DNA of 64,000 nt from Actinomycetota bacterium (GTDB taxonomy: Bacteria > Actinomycetota > UBA4738 > JACQTL01): the NCBI GenBank assembly GCA_046263085.1, contig JBHELK010000057.1, forward strand, positions 30,317 through 94,316. The letters are read 5' to 3'. The translations under genes and the position numbers were made by a program. How positions within the stretch are numbered: position 1 is the first letter of the stretch; each line of letters begins with the position of its first letter. Under the pieces are notes generated by a model. That model had not been told where the DNA came from, did not search any database, and was given only the letters and a program-made list of their open reading frames with translations. Positions 63,145 to 64,000 of the stretch are shown piece after piece.

Positions 63145-64000
63145 ATGGAGGTCGTGCGCGGCGTCGAGGCCCTCCCGCTGCCGGCTCGGCCGGCCGTGGT
63201 CACCGTCGGCATGTTCGACGGCGTGCACCGCGGCCACCAGGCGGTGATCGGCCGGACCGTCGACGTGGCCCGCGACCGAGGGGTCATGTCGGTGGCCACC
63301 ACGTTCGACCGGCACCCCCGCGAGGTCCTCACGCACGGCCACGAGCCGAGGCTCCTGACGACGCTCGAGCGCAAGATCGCGCTGATCGAAGCGCTGGGCG
63401 TGGACGTGCTGCTCGTGCTGCAGTTCACGCTGGAGTTCTCGAAGACCTCGCCGGAGGACTTCGTCGGGCGCTTCTTGGTGGAGAGCGTGCACGCCGCGCA
63501 CGTGGTGCTCGGGGCCAACTTCCGGTTCGGCCACCGGGCGCAGGGGGATCTGGCGTACCTGCACGAGTCGGGGCCCGCGAACGGGTTCACCGCGGAGGGA
63601 GTGGACCTCCTCGAGATCCACGGGCGTCGCGTGTCCTCCTCGTCGATCCGCGAGTCACTCGCGGCGGGCGATCTCGACTGGCCCAGAACCGGGCTGAGCA
63701 GGCGTTTCGCGGTGGACGGGCGGGTGGTTCGCGGCGCGGGGCGGGGGACCGGCCTCGGGTGGCCGACCGCGAACCTGGAGACCCATCCGCGGATCCAGCT
63801 CCCGGCGGTCGGCGTCTACGCGGGGCGCGCGCTCAGCTCGACCGGAGAGCACGTGGCAGCGATCAACGTGGGTTCGAATCCCACGTTCGGCGAGGAGCCC
63901 GTGCACATCGAGGCCTTTCTCCTCGACTACGAGGGCGACCTGCTCGGGCAAGACATCTCGATCGAGTTCTGGCAGCGCCTGCGCGACGAGGTGCGGTTCG
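63145..64000 (+). CDS. ribF: Bifunctional riboflavin kinase / FMN adenylyltransferase, 3' partial at window edge
   Basis: Own translation, no stop before the window end so absent from the ORF track: MEVVRGVEAL...VVTVGMFDGVHRGHQAVI...GANFRFGH...GRGTGLGWPTANL...NVGSNPTFG. Confidence 0.9.
   Translation, partial: MEVVRGVEALPLPARPAVVTVGMFDGVHRGHQAVIGRTVDVARDRGVMSVATTFDRHPREVLTHGHEPRLLTTLERKIALIEALGVDVLLVLQFTLEFSKTSPEDFVGRFLVESVHAAHVVLGANFRFGHRAQGDLAYLHESGPANGFTAEGVDLLEIHGRRVSSSSIRESLAAGDLDWPRTGLSRRFAVDGRVVRGAGRGTGLGWPTANLETHPRIQLPAVGVYAGRALSSTGEHVAAINVGSNPTFGEEPVHIEAFLLDYEGDLLGQDISIEFWQRLRDEVRF

Noticed and set aside
60878-63247. 789-aa plus-strand ORF
   Set aside because: It is antisense to the TolB-RTX and NPP genes, both of which have signal peptides and catalytic or repeat motifs. 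It also runs into ribF in a different frame.

Overview
Very GC-rich bacterial chromosome segment (third codon positions are almost all G/C, so antisense frames are stop-poor and the ORF track holds many spurious shadow ORFs). The backbone is a conserved housekeeping block with Actinomycetota-type synteny: yceD-rpmF-rnc-mutM, nadA/nadC, smc-ftsY, ffh-rpsP-KH-rimM-trmD-rplS-lepB-rnhB-DUF2469-yraN-comM-dprA-xerC-whiG-like sigma, M23 peptidase, rpsB-tsf-pyrH-frr-cdsA-dxr-rseP, a two-component system, ispG, trpE-trpG, proS, rimP-nusA-ylxR-infB-DUF503-rbfA-nrnA-truB and ribF (3' partial at the window edge). No rRNA, tRNA, CRISPR array or transposable element was found. One- to three-gene insertions of lineage-specific, mostly Sec-signal-bearing proteins interrupt this backbone. 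They comprise a 947-aa GGDDxY repeat protein, a beta-helix protein, a BamB/PQQ-like propeller, a 7-blade WAVG propeller, two BNR/Asp-box propellers, a TolB-like propeller fused to RTX repeats, and an NPP-type phosphodiesterase lipoprotein. The strongest non-coding signals are: (1) a 16-bp palindrome TTGTGCA-N2-TGCACA present at the same position in the divergent promoters of both BNR genes; (2) a canonical intrinsic terminator inside the rimP-nusA-infB leader; (3) a perfect CRP-type site TGTGA-N6-TCACA at about -41.5 upstream of the M23 peptidase operon; (4) an 18-bp tandem repeat read in two frames at the rpsP/KH-gene junction. I found no obvious complete novel multi-gene system. The candidates worth follow-up are the putative shared operator of the two BNR genes and the repeated secreted-propeller insertions. 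All assignments rest on motif recognition by eye, without database searches.
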